54,986 nucleotides of DNA from Nemertoderma westbladi (GCA_032718475.1 JAUCBJ010005442.1:1-54986); one strand, 5' to 3'. Numbered from the stretch's first letter, positions 34,701 through 48,280 are shown. The notes: a model not told the origin generated them from the letters alone. Numbers and translations are program-made.

Positions 34701-37700
34701 AACTACCGGGTTCTGCTGAGTCCTGTTCTAACCATTTAATGGTCCGTTCAGTCAGCAGTCAGTCAAGTGCTGCTTGCACTGCGCCATGGTCCTCATGCAC
34801 GTCTTCGTCCGGTGGCTAGTGTCAATGTGTCTGTTAGGCTCGCAAGCCATCCAGTGTCACTAGTTGGCGTCGAATCGTCGTGTGGCGGTTTGACAACCTT
34901 CTGATCTGTCGGTAGGCTTGCAAGCCTTCCTAGATCAACGACCGGTGTCAAAGACGGGTGGGTGGGGTCAATGGCCTTTGGATTTTTCGGTAGGCTCGCA
35001 AGCCTTCCAGAACCCTCATTCATCAAGTCATCCGCAGCAACAAACCTTTGGTCTTCAGTAGTCAATACAACCTGGTTTACTGCAAGTAGTTGTAAGTCAG
35101 AGGTCGATGTGGTCGTCTCCAGATCAGTTACATCAGTATCGGTTACGTCAGCGGTAGCGACGCAAGTCTGTCGTAGTGCAGTCTGTACAATTGGACCACA
35201 GGAGTGTGAAGGAGAATTATCTATTGTAGTAGTCAGTAAACTACAAAACGTCGTCCTCCTGGTCACTTACCTCTAGTGAACGCACTGGTGCTCTAGAATA
35301 CCCACCTATGGGAGTTCTACATGCGTAGGGGTTGCCTGCTGTAATAACAAATGGGCGTGTCTCCCATACCTGATGTAAGTTAAACTGGTCTGTCCCAATC
35401 AACATCGCGATTGAACCATAGTTAACAGGACATTCCGGTATTCCAAGGTGTCGGAAATACTTACGATCTTCCGGTGATTGCTCTGGCACAGGGCCGAGCA
35501 AGTTACTAAAGTCCTTCGTAGCTGCAAAGGTCAAATTTCTTACCGGAAGTAATGAGCGCTCCTCCTTGCTGTGTTCCACTTTGGAAAGAAGAGTGTCTAA
35601 GGTTAATTTTACTCTCGTCACAGGGATTGCTCTCTACCATGCATGCTGCTTACAGTATACTGAGCAGTCTTACCTTTACTCATGTCCGTAACTACATCGG
35701 CTACATGTTCGTCGACGTAACTATGTGATGATGCAGAGTCTAGGATAGCGTATATACGCTTGCTCCCTCTGGTTCTGGTAATCTTTATAAGAATCACGCC
35801 AAACCCTTTCAATTGGTTCTGTGTGAGGAGTGTTATCGATGGTTGTTCCTCCCCCGCATGCACGTAAATGGTGTCGTCTTCCTCCTCATCCTCGTCTGAT
35901 GATCCCGATTCATCCATACAATCCGTGTAGAAAGTACGAATCTCGCGCAGCGCACTCTCCTTGTAAAGCACGTCGCATCTAGCCGCTTTATCTGGATGCT
36001 CTCGTCGAAAGCGTTTGGTCGGAGTATGACTGTTTGTGTGAAGTAACGCGTCATGGTTACGTCCATATAGAGAACATGTATCATCGCTCGGGCAATCCTT
36101 CCGGATGTGTCCAGGCCTAGTACATCTCCAACAAGAATCCAAAGATCGAATCTGAAGTCTCCTTTCTTCGACTCCTAACTACTTAAAAGCGCAACATCCA
36201 CGTAGTTTATCTCCGCTGTGGTTTCTGCCGTTCCGCTCGCAATATGAGCATCCCACAAAGTCTGCCGGCAACTGTTGTCGTGGCTGCTTGGTGCCGATAG
36301 GCGTCAGAACTTTAGAAGTTTCGGTCGGGGTGGCATAGGTAAAGGCTTTCGCGTTCGTCGGAAATTGTTTGATCCGAGTCGGCGCAGCAATAGCTATTAC
36401 TTCTGCCGCTATATGGTGATCAGTATAGTTGGATCGAGTCTCCACTACGGCCTCCCGCGAAATCAGTTGGTAGACGTCAGTGAGTTTTAATAGCCCGCCG
36501 GCCTCTTCACACTGATACTCGATGCATCGCCATACTCGTCGTAGTCGATGATGAAGTCGACCGATTATTCTAATGAGAACTGTCGGTGCGTTAGCGTATT
36601 CGAGTTGTCTAATGGACCGTAAAGTCCCTATAGCGTCTTAATTTCGTCCGCGAGTCGTAAAAGATCGATTGGTTTCGAAATACTTCCTCCTCTACAGAGG
36701 TCTTCGATAATAGATTTAGCCATGGCTACATTACCGCCGTAAATCGAATATAGATGGTCGTACGCCAACTCAAAGGCATCTGCAACACTGATAAAGGTCT
36801 CCACCTATCATTTCGGCTCACCAGACAGAACCTGGAGCAAGTAATTAAACTTCTCTGTCGAGGTGAAGGCACACTTAGCGATCTGGGACTCTATGTAGTC
36901 TACCAGTGTACGCCAGTGTTTTACGTAGAAGAACTTCGGCGGTTGTTGTGCCGGTAATCTGTGTTTAGCTGCAAACTTCGCAATCTCGCTAACCAAATCC
37001 AACTGACCACGTCCCTGTTTGGTTGCGTCGTCCAGTCGTTCCCTTCCGCGCATTGTCCGTCGGTAGGAAATATTAACGTAATCCTCTTCTCGATGGTTCG
37101 GAGTCTGTCTAGTCTCCTGTCCTCTCCTTGGTGGTCGATGTTGTCTAGGTTGTTCTAACTCCACGCTGGTTTGTGATCGATCCAACGGTTGTGCTTCGAG
37201 TCGCTCTTCTAGTTGAGCTAGTCGGTCCACCATCTCGGTGAACTGTTTGGCACTAATCGCTTCTGCTGGTTGCAACGTGGGTTTCTGCAGGGGTGTTTCT
37301 CAAGGAGGATTGTCGATGAATTGGTTCGTCGATCGTTCCTCTCGTTTGTAATCAGCCGCCGCTCCAGTACGGAATATTTCCCGTTCCGTCGACTCCATAT
37401 CGCTGGATGAATCGCTATCGTCCGGGTAAGGTGGTTGGCGGGTTCGCGTACGGCGTATTCCCTTTTGTCGTATTCATTGAGGTCTAGGATCTACGGTTCT
37501 CCGTCGTTCGGTAGGCTCGCAAGCCTTCCACGAAGTTGTAGGTCTCGTTAAACTCTGTTAACCTATGGGTACTACCCACATCCATCCTCCTCCGTTGCTC
37601 GGTAGGCTCGCAAGCCTTCCAAGAAGTCGTAGGTCTCGTCGAACATTGTGTCAAAGGTCGAATAAAATAGTCATGTTTCGTAGTTGGTCTATAAATGACT

Positions 37701-38760
37701 GGGTTCGCACAGCACGTCACAGGTTTAACTGCTAACGGCTTAATTACCTGTTTAATTGTCATAAACGCAGGTTCCTCTCTTCCTACAAGTAGACTACGAG
37801 TTACTGTAGGTGGACTATTTACTTTTCCTGCTAAAATTGGCGATAAAGTTGCCCTAGGTTGCGGTATTTCCGTCACAACAAACCTGTTACCTTGCGTCGA
37901 GCGCACAGGTGATATTTCTTTAGGTTTCGTAACAAAGACTGGTTTTATCAGAGTTGTAGGTTTGAGCATAGGAATCACTTGTGGAAAACGTTTACAGTAA
38001 TCCTCGACGAACTCCTCTCCTCGGTCTATCGCTCCGACACTTCCTTCCTTGATTCGCTTCTGAATCCCGCGATATCGAGCTTCCATGCGATCCAGGGCAG
38101 ACAAGTCATGTCCAGCTCGAGATCTTATAGATCTATCTCTCGCGTCGAGTTCGAGGTCCGCTTGTGCGTTCGCTGCCTCTCGCGATCTACGATTTAGTTC
38201 GAACTGTAGTTGCATCTCCCTTTCGCGTCGATCTGCTACCTGTTGTTGTGCCGCTAACTCCACTTCTTGTGTAGCTAAACGAGAGTTTATTTGTCGCGTC
38301 TCCAACTTGGCACGAGTGTCAGATGCCGCCTTATTCCGTGCTAACTCGGCTGCGTTTACCGCCACAACTTGTGCTAACTCGTCGTCTGTCGCCTGTCATG
38401 CTAATTTGTCGGCTGCTGCCGCCGCAGCTGCTTCTCGCGCTAAGTCCTCCTCTTATCTCCGCATCTTCGAACGATGATGAACAAGAGATGCTTCGAACTA
38501 GGCTTGCGCTTGAAGTTTCGCAAGTTTCGCTACGTCGTCTCTGCGCTGTCTTTCTCCTTCGATGGCGATCTGTGCCATCTGCCGTTGCGCTTCTTCATCG
38601 TCGACTCGTTGTCGGCGTGCGACCTCCTGTTGTTGTCGAGTAATTACAGACACTGTCCTACTAACGTTGCCAACGTCACTCCGTACACTAACGAACGATC
38701 TATCCAGTGGTGGATTTTGGTAGGCTCATGAGCCTTCCTTAGTTGGAACTTCCGTTGTCC
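31799..38760 (-). pseudogene. pol: Element B gag-PR-RT-RH remnants with many stops and frameshifts; integrase missing
   Basis: YAILDSASSHSYV, YYLPHHFVRHPDKP, FYVDD, NPADIASRG; ends at FKYRLTVF* and joins the post-pol spacer. Confidence 0.9.
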
Positions 38761-39120
38761 CTTGCGGTTCGACTTGTAAGAAATTGTAAGAATTGTAAGA
38801 AATATCTCTTACTTTTACAATAACTAATAATATATTTATATATATATATATCTCACTTTGAGATCCTCTACGGTAAGAACTATCCTAAAGCCTACAAATC
38901 TACAAATATGAAACTATAGAATATCTCTTACTGTAAAGTGCGCACGCACTTTACAGAATGTACAGATCTAAACAATACTATACACTAATTTATATAATAT
39001 CTCTTACTGTAAAGTAATCGTACAATTGTTACTTTACAGAATGGACAATATTATTCAAACTCTATCTAGGATATTTAATAAAAATATCTCTTACTTTGGA
39101 TTGTAAGAAATATCTCTTAC

Positions 39121-40570
39121 TTTGGATTATAAGAAATATATCTTACTGTAAAGTCCAGTAGTATACCGCTTACCAGATCCTAGTAACGATGTATCTTACC
39201 GTACGATCCATTAATCTATACGGGCTCGTACAGTATCTGACAACAAATCCCAGTCCAGGGTATCTAAACAAACATATACAAATATGCGAACAACTACTGG
39301 CGAGGAACAGAGCCTAGTGTCTATTCTACATACGTGAGCGGGTCTAATGCCTACGAACGAGACAAAAGGATGCCTGTCCTCTAACCAGTGAGGCAGATGT
39401 ACGTACAGTTATGGTGACAGACCAAACTCACAGGAAAACAATCCCCGCGCAGCGAATCCTAACTATCGCTGACAGACCTAAATACCGTAACTTGCTGCGG
39501 TGTGATTTATATGGTTTATATACGAGCTAGTGGGTTAACAACCTAGCGTAACAATACTGATAACAGTACTAAATCAGTCTAAAGAGGGTCGTGCCTAAAG
39601 TAACGATACTGTTGTCAGACCAACAACAATCTAATAAGTAAATACTCCTCCTTGCCGTAACTAAATACTAAATATCTCCTAAAATTACAAATACGAATGG
39701 TAGGACTGCAGAATAATTCTTATCGCGAAGTAACCTAAAGTAAGCTAAAACTAGTAGAGCTGTAAAGGGTACGTATGTTTTAGGGCGTGTGTGTGTGGGT
39801 GTGTTACAAATAAAACAATTTTGGTGTATCTCATTGTACTAGGTCTTAGTGATTTTCTGACCAAAACAATACCGTGCGCTAGCTACGAAAATAAGCTAGT
39901 CGCGTTTTGTAGAACTTTATACTTGCGTTACCTACCTGCGTTGCTGACGGCCTAACGGTCTAGGCAGCCATCCTCCAAAGGCTGGGTTGTCCCAACAGTG
40001 GACAAATAGAGATATACATGTTCAAAGTTACAGTATATTTAGAGTAAATTACAAAAGAGTTTATCAACCAATTTACATAAGTTTCAACAAGAAACCAAAG
40101 TATGTAACTAAAGAATGGTGATAAAGCAAAGATAACAAAAGTAATAATAATGCGCGTGTGTATATAATAATGGTAGTGATAACCGAAGGCGAAACAGCCC
40201 TTATATAACAAATCTGAGACGTAGAATCCACAAGAACATTCCAGAGTATTCCATGGCCTCACATTGGAGCAATCAGATGTTCTATGCCCTATGATTGGCC
40301 CAACTCATACGTTGTACGCACCTCATTGGCTTATCTAATTAGATCAAATGAAAATAAATTGCCCAAAAATGCAAATTTCCCTACTGGGATTCGAACTCGT
40401 AACTCTATCTTTAATGTAACCAACGCCTTAACCATCTGACCACTGCGCTAATAGAGTTACCTATGGGTTTATGTGTACCAATATGAATAGGCATATTACA
40501 TTACTGTAATTTAATCAAATGCGTCGGATTTTAGAAAGTTTTTACGTTAAACTACAAATGCTACTTTATA
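39121..40570 (-). repeat. Probable 5' LTR of element B (ends inferred from homology with A)
   Basis: Shares AACCATATAAATCACACCGC, TTAGGATTCGCTGCGCGGG, TGCCTCACTGGTTA, CTTTACAGTAAGATAT, CCAAT/TATA boxes and the tRNA-like unit with A's LTR. Confidence 0.65.
40365..40450 (-). ncRNA. tRNA-like Pol III unit in element B U3
   Basis: TGGTCAGATGGTTAAGGCG (A box), GAGTTCGAATCC (B box), followed by TTTTT. Confidence 0.6.
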
Positions 40571-41034
40571 GTGAAATAATCCATCAATTTCATAAAACCA
40601 AGTATGAAAGGTAATTCGTTGGGAATAAAGTTATATTTCCTCCCTCAAGGAGATAAAAACTTTATGTGTTCCAATAATGGAAATAGGAATAAAATAGGGG
40701 ATAAAATGAGGCCTACAGAATAATTACGCATTTACTTAATACACTATGAAGCCAAGCAATCAGATACCGGTAATTCACAGCAGGCAGATCTGCAGTAAGA
40801 TGTTTTACGGTAAATATGAGATTCCATCTATTATCCGACCGACCAATCTAGAATTATTGCTGCGGGAATTTACTTATTGTACCCGGCTTACAGTAGAAAA
40901 CGAACGTCTACGCCTTACAAGGTCCAACAAAACAATGGGCGCTGTCAATTAATGTTCAAAACTCAAAAATACGTGAAAGCAAAAAACAACAAATGCACCA
41001 ATTATAAATAACGGTATAAAAAGTACTCCTTTAA

Positions 41035-41465
41035 CCCTATTAGTACAAGGCTATAAAATGTTGTACAAATACCGGGGGGGGGGGGGGGTAATATTGACCC
41101 CCTCCCCCCCTCTAAAATCTACAAATTTTTACGAAAACGTCTGATTTTTTGTTTGTACGTAGGTATCACTAGTCAGGATCCGACCGAAAAAAAAAATTTC
41201 GAAAAAATGTACTGGGGTGGTTATATTGCAGCACCAAAATTATAAGTAGTGCACAATTTTCAGAAAATTTGAAAGTTACATTTTTCGTCTATTTGTTTTT
41301 CAATACAGGTTTTCTGGGGCGCAAAATACATTGGAAAATATTTAAAAATGATATGATTACTATAAATGGCTGTTTAGTTCTCTCTGCGTAGGAAAAAAAT
41401 GAAAAAAACAAGTAACCAGCACTTTTCAGTTAGAACACAAAATTTTTAATTCACTTATACGATGC
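41035..41465. mobile_element. Possible single end of another piggyBac-like non-autonomous element
   Basis: TTAA followed by CCCTAT..., then TACCGGGGGG, as in the MITE at 29029; no matching other end found. Confidence 0.4.
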
Positions 41466-41478
41466 TGTAAATTCACAT

Positions 41479-42992
41479 TGTGACGGGATCAGAGTATCCC
41501 GACCGGTTAATTTTAGTTACGCGTCAGCGTTGCCGTGTAAATGGAAAAAGAGTTTGTTGTTGTTCCAATATTGTTGGTAAAGTCCAAATAATATATATTG
41601 ATATTGAGTATGATAGCACAGTTGAGATAATATGAAGATAATAGTCATGTACCGGTAATTGATAATATAAATGTTGCTGATGGCAGTGACGGTACTAAAG
41701 TGTCACCATACTGTCCTAAGTGACTGAGATAACTGAATGGGATATGAAACACCAACCGGTAATATATTGATTACCTACTCTACTTGTGGCCTTGTCTTGC
41801 AAGAGGTTTGACCTATAACCTCATTTGTGTGGCTCTTTTGTGCCGTGTGTTGTCCCCGTTATCGGGTGTGTGATACGAGGTTAATTGGGGATTAACCTCG
41901 TATCCGCAATATTGCTTAAAGGGCGCCGTTTCCCAACTTTCTGGGGTGGTGGGCGGAATTGAATCCGCTCACACTCCCCCCCCCCCCCCCATGCTATCTT
42001 CCCGGTGAGAAGATAGCATCAACCTCTAAGTGCGCTTCAATTCCGCTGGAAACCCGATCTACTATCGGGTGTGGGGTGGAGTTCTCTTACTTTGGAGTCG
42101 GCTTCCCAGGCCGCTCCCTCTGGGTATGATGTTACTACCCTCTCTTGTTGCAACCGCAACCTATGTTGCACCAAGACATCTGGCGTCTCGGTTTGAGACA
42201 ATTGTGGATTTCTCTCACATTTTTAAAAGCTCTCTCACGCAAACTCTAACTTCTCACTCTAACTCTATCTTACTCTCTCTCTCTGCTCCACTCTAACTCC
42301 AGTCTGCTCTCTCCCCACCCCTTAATCGCACTCGTCTGCACTCTCTCTCGCATCCTGTAAACACCTCTTCTCATTATCCCCCTGTGCTCCTCTCATACTC
42401 TCTACTCCCAAAAAATGCGCTAAATTTGTTGTGTTACCCCTGTGCTATCATTCTATCTACTTACTACATACTTGCTAACTACTTACTATCAAACTCTAAT
42501 TCTACTAACTCTAACTAGCTCTCTAACTCTACTAACTCTTCTACCTCTACTAACTCCTATGTCTACTTACTCTCTGACTCCTCTACTAACTCTCTAACTC
42601 TAACTAACTCTAACTAACTCCTAACTCTACTAACTCTCTAACTCCTAACTCTACTAACTCTCTGACTCCTCTAAGTCTACTAACACTCTACCTCTACTAA
42701 CTCTCTACCTCTACTAACTCTCTTACCCTCTTCTACCTCTACTAACTCTCTAACTATGTGGCGCTTTCGGTGCCCACAACCACTCTCTGCTACTCTTCTA
42801 CGTGGCGCTTACGATGCCCACAACCCCTCTGCTACTACTTTCTACATGGCGCTTACGGTGCCCACAACCCCTCTGCTACTACTCGTGGCATGTTAATATA
42901 CCACACTCCCTTACCCGCCGACTTCTAACGGTACCATGTACCCCTCTACTCCTGTGGTATGTCTATATACTATAAGGTTCTCACGGCCCACA
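41479..42992. mobile_element. LTR-like segment (TGTG...CACA), hairpin-rich, with a CTCTACTAACT low-complexity tract
   Basis: TG...CA ends; imperfect 4-bp flanks ACAT/GCAT; no credible ORF. Confidence 0.45.
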
Positions 42993-42995
42993 GCA

Positions 42996-45900
42996 TGTAA
43001 CAATAAGTTATATTAATTACTTAATGCAGCAATTCCTTCATCATATAATACAGATACTTTCATTACACGTTACAGCGTTATATATGATCAGGCGATATCA
43101 AGGCCTAGGTTACCGGTACATATCTAATACCAAACTCTAAATTGTTAACCGGTCCCCTCCACCAAGTCACAGGGCATGGCCTCTTATAAATACTAGTATA
43201 ATATCATACATCTCCTCCCTAGATATTTGACTCTATAAAGTATATAAATCGAGTTATAATAAACATCTGTAAATAATCAAATATCTAAACAATCATTGAG
43301 GGAAGAAAAAAAAATGAAAAACTAAAAATTTCCATTCCATCTTCTATTGCTTAATATCATTTTCGTAGAAATCAAACTAATTTCATTTTCATGGTTGTGC
43401 ATTAAGCCTGTTTGGTTGTCTCCTGTTACGCTGACTTCTTCTCAACGGTAATGGAGTACCGGTAGTTTCATCTGGTGGTGCAGTGTGAGTTTCTGATTTA
43501 ACAACCTGCTTATTATCTTCTTTGGACAAGCACGGTCTAAGGAAATGGTGCTTTCGCCATATCACACCACCAGATGGTAGTTTTATGGTATAATCACGGT
43601 GTTCCCCCACAAATATAACCTGTCCGGATTTGTCCCATTTCTTTGTAGATGGGTTTTGAATCATAACAGTAGACCCTGATTTGATCGGATTTAATTGTCT
43701 GGTAGAACGATTATAATAGTTTTCTGATTTATAAAACTGTAAAAGCTGTTCGTTTATCATCTACATCGGATGCAAATTTCTGCCATGCAGGAGCAAACGA
43801 TCGTGGGTGAGCTGGAACTTTGGATCTCAAATTACATCCAAAAACATATTGCGCAGGTGAGCGACCCTCAACACGAGGTGTGTTTCTCAACTCTAATAAA
43901 CCATTTAAAAATCCTTCAGATTTAATATTTCCATTATGTTTCATGACAAGGTATTTGAGAACTTTCACAGTAGCCTCAGCATGGCCATTAGATTTAGGAT
44001 AGTAGGGAGATGACGGAACCCATTGAACTCCCCACCTTGAGAGGAAGTCCTGAAACTCTTCAGACCTGAATTGAGGTCCCCCATCTGAGCGCAATACTAC
44101 TGGAACCCCGGTTTGTACAAAAAAATGTTGTAATGCAGCAGAAACTTGATCTGAGTTAGGATCTTGGGCCCATTTGGCCAGAAAGGGAAATCCTGATAAT
44201 CGATCTGCATATGCTAGATATTTATTTCCTGCAAAACTAAATAGATCTGCGGATACAACTTCGAAGACTCGTGTTGGTAATGGATCTGCTGCTAAGGGTT
44301 CTGTAGGGTTACTGGGTCGGTGTAACAAACATTCTTCACAATCTTCTACAGCCTGTGTTAAATCATTTGACATTCCAGGCCAAAATAATATGTCTCTAGC
44401 TCTCCTCTTCATTCTATCGATCCCTTGATGAGATTCGTGACGAAGTTTGATCACGCTTTTGATTGAAGCGTGCGGAATAACTAGACGACAACCTCGTAAA
44501 ACGAAATTATCTTCGACGGAAAGTTCAGTCCAAAATCTCTTAAAACGTTGGACATAGGGAGTATTTTGTTTATTACATGTAAATCCCTGAATTATCGCAG
44601 TAATTTAGTCTTGATAATTAGGATCATCCTTTGCAATAAGTTTGATGTTTTCCAATACTGGATCTTTGGCAGAACAATGTCTGTCCAATGAACTGTCATG
44701 TAAACCTTGAGTGATAGTTCCAATGTTTGCTTCCATGACTGAAGCGTGTTGAAGGGCTTCTAGACGATGTTCCTCCTCGTCATCTTCAGGATCTTCAATC
44801 GGATATCTCGAAAGAGCATCAGGAATTTTATGTTCCTTTCCTTGTTTCCAAACAACATTAAATTGATACCCATTTAATTTCTCCAGATATGATTGAAGTT
44901 TAACATTTTCGATTTGATCTAATGTATAATCATTAAAAATCCTCACAAGTGGTCGATGATCAGTAATTACAGTAAATTCTTGGAGTCCCTTTAGGTAAAC
45001 TTTACATTTCCGTATCGCCCATAGAATCGCCAATGCTTCTAATTCTACCATTGCGTAACGTGTTTCCACGTCTTTCAAGAACCGTGAACCACACTGTATT
45101 AAACGCCACTTATGATTCTGACGTTGTAGTAGAGCAAAACCAAACCCTTTGGTCTTTGAAGCATCGGTGTGTAATGTGGTCTCAGCAGAAATATCGAATT
45201 GAGCCAACACTGGTGGCGAGATCAACGCTTCTTTCACAGCTTTAAATGCTGCTGCTTGATCTGCATTCCAGACAAACTGATTCTTCTGCTTGAGATTCTC
45301 TCTTAACGGGCCAGCAGCTGCACTTATCTCAGAAGAAAATACACCCAATTGATTGGCCAACCCCATAAAAGATCTCAAATCAGAACGATTAAGTGGTTCG
45401 GGAAATTCGGATATTGCCCGAAGCTTGTTGGGATCTGCTGAAATTGAATTTTGTTGAATGACATAACCGACGAACTTTACCTTGTCGACCCCAATGTGAC
45501 ACTTTTTTGGGTTTAAAGTAATCCCATACTTTAAACATCTCTCCAAAACATCACATAAAGTTTCTATATTATCACGAGAAGGTCACACTGTCAATTAATG
45601 TATCATCTACTACTTTATGCAGGTTTGAAATTCCCTCAAATGCTTTATCGCCTCGGTAACAATAACTATCACCGGCACTAATAAACCCCATTGGTGCTCT
45701 TACGTATCGGTAGCACTTCCAGGGCGTGATAAATGTGGTAAGTTTTTGACTTTCTAAGTCCAATGGTAATTGCCAATAGCCACATTTGGCATCTAAAAGT
45801 GTAAAACATTTCGAATTTTTATTAATCCCTGAAACAGCGTCAATAGGAGTTAATGTTGGGAATTGAGTTCTCTTCACTTGTTTATTTAACATTCTAAGAT

Positions 45901-46540
45901 CGACGCATATTCTAATTCCACCATTTGGTTTATCTGTCACCACGAGCGGATGACACCATTCTGATGTTTCGTCACCTACCGAAACAATTATGCCCTTCCT
46001 TTCTAAATCATCAAGTTCTTCCTTAACTAATTCACGATAGGCATAAGGAATTGTTCTTGCACCTCTGATGCAGAAAGGTTCAGCATCTGATTTCAATTCT
46101 ATATGCAACGGATCACCCACTATTGGGCCTTTCATTGTTTTTAATTCACCACCTTTATCAAAGACATCGGTATATATTTCAAATAATTTAGTAATAATTG
46201 TTTCCTTCTCTTGATCAGATGGTTGGGAAGGAATGGTGTTTAATAGTTTTCTCCTATCATCTAATGAGAAAATGTAATTTTGGATGTCTTGATTGGTGTT
46301 AGGCAATGAATGAGTGGTATCTGTTGCAAAAACAGGGGCTCTTAATGGAATTGGAATAGGGAAATTTGCAGGAATAATACCTAAATTCTTACACACATCT
46401 TTTGATAAATAAACTCCTTTAATATCAAAACAGAATATGAACTGTTCTATGGTTGATCTACCATAAGTATTCAATTTAAAGTTACGAACTCCAGCTTGTG
46501 CGAGTTCACTACCATTGACTGAAATTGACAGAGAAAAATA
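42996..46540 (-). mobile_element. 5'-truncated Ty3/Gypsy retrotransposon with PPT and short 3' LTR (starting TGT at 43210)
   Basis: PPT AGGGAGGAGA (43211-43220, -) followed by TGTATG; pol in RT-RH-IN order. The LTR's distal end is uncertain. Confidence 0.8.
43389..46530 (-). pseudogene. pol: Gypsy pol (RT, RNase H, integrase), frameshifted
   Basis: IRICVDLRMLN, LDAKCGYWQL, APMG, VVDD, TDASK.GFG, TDHRPL, PDALSR, HQGIDRMKRRAR..FWP, SDGGPQF, SNGHAEATVK. Confidence 0.92.
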
Positions 46541-47844
46541 AGCACATTAATAATGAATAAGCAAACCAAAACAGTCAAAAGAGAGGAGGGCTGGGGTTAG
46601 AATATTTATTACTGTTAGCGCTTTTAGTAAATTATGTTCATTCAATCTCAATTTTGTGTAATTTCGGGGTTATAATATTTGGAGCTGAGAACTCATGCAT
46701 TTATGACTTATAAACCACTGGTCTGACACAATAAACGGGATTGCGCTACTGTACCGTACCTGTCAACAAGGGCTGCTTACTGTATCGATCGTAGCTTCCC
46801 GTCTGCCTTTCTCTCATAAGTTGCTCTATTCTATAACTTATTTGGTTTAATACGGTATTTGATTATCTATTGTATTTGACTGAGATACGATACCTGGAGG
46901 GTGGGACAACACAATATAACAAGCAAATAGCTGACTTAAATTAATTCTATAAGGACTCAAGTGCGCTATTTGTGTTTCTCTTTAGAGGAAACGTACAGTG
47001 ACTTGCCTCTATGTACGATTATATAAATATTTTTATCGCAATTAATTTATGACAACTCTCAATCGTGATACAATTAATAATAAGAGCCTTTCTTATATTA
47101 ATGGTCTGGTATATCGCCAAATATTAATTATTTAGTAAGTCAGAGATAGAACAACACACTTCTATTACAATTGTCCAGATTACCACTGATACTTAATTGC
47201 ATAGACCCACCTTGTATTTGGCGCGTGTAAAATTTCCTTGATTACGTAATATCGGCGGTATAATCAACAATGAGAGCAAATTATATTTAACGACAGAGCA
47301 AATTATAAGTACAAATTATTATTCAATTCTAACAAGGACGTTCCAAACACATTAATTGTACATAGACTGGCATGTAATAAATACCGCTGGCTACGATCAA
47401 CCAGGGGTATAATACGTCTGCATGCGAAGTAATCTCCTGCAGAACTCCAAACAAACAGTAAACAAATCAACAGGTATTATAATATTATATACTTTAGGGG
47501 GATCAATGGAATTGTTATAAGCCAATAGGAGATCACTTGCTCATTGGACGTTCTGTGTAACAATAAGTTCGAATACAGGCATAATAGCACTAGATGGCGT
47601 AAGAACCTTTTCACTGGAGAATAATCTCATAATTTATTGAAATAATAACGTAACTGAGAAAAATACAGTTATTTGAATAAATTGGTAAAATAAGTAATTT
47701 TAAAGGCAGGATTTATGCCTGCAGCAACAAATTAGTTATTGTAAATATATGTTAAGTGAAACATTTTTTTGGTGGGGGAGGTGGGGGGGGGGGGGTTGGT
47801 ATTTGGGGGTGGAAGGGTCGGGGCAACTACATACTATAGCTGGG

Positions 47845-48280
47845 GTTGGGTAACTGGGGACTGAAATTGGTAACCGGAAATTTAATTGGTAACTAGAGAT
47901 TGGAAACTGAAATTAGTAACCGAGGATTAAAATTGGTAACCAGCGACTGAAATTGGTAACCATTGACTGAAATTTGTAACCAGTGACTGAAATTGGAAAC
48001 CGGGGACTGAAATTAGAAATCGGAAACTGAAATTGGTAACTGGGGACTGAAATTGGAAACCTGGGACTGAAATTGGTAACCGGCAACTGAAATTGGTAAC
48101 CAGTGACTGCAATTTGTAACTGGTGACTGAAATTGGTAACCGGGGACTGAAATTGGAAATCGGAAACTGAAATTGGTAACCGGGAACTGAAATTTAAACT
48201 AGAAACTGAATTGGTAACCAGTGACTGAAATTGGTAATCAGTCACTTGAATTGGTAACGAGTGACTGAAATTGGTAACAT
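47845..48280. repeat. ~21-bp minisatellite (GACTGAAATTGGTAACCGGG)
   Basis: About 20 degenerate tandem units. Confidence 0.9.

Larger units (their letters stand above)
27140..40570 (-). mobile_element. Degenerate BEL/Pao element B (relative of A): 5' LTR present, integrase deleted, 3' LTR absent
   Basis: Fragmented gag/PR/RT/RH ORFs highly similar to A; homologous LTR blocks, post-pol spacer, ORF3 and 3' UTR (TATTTTATGCAC). Confidence 0.9.

Noticed and set aside
46520-46560. Splice acceptor exonising the Gypsy pol
   Set aside because: The sequence also reads in frame as LSISVNGSEL, and pol has several frameshifts, so there is no support for domestication.
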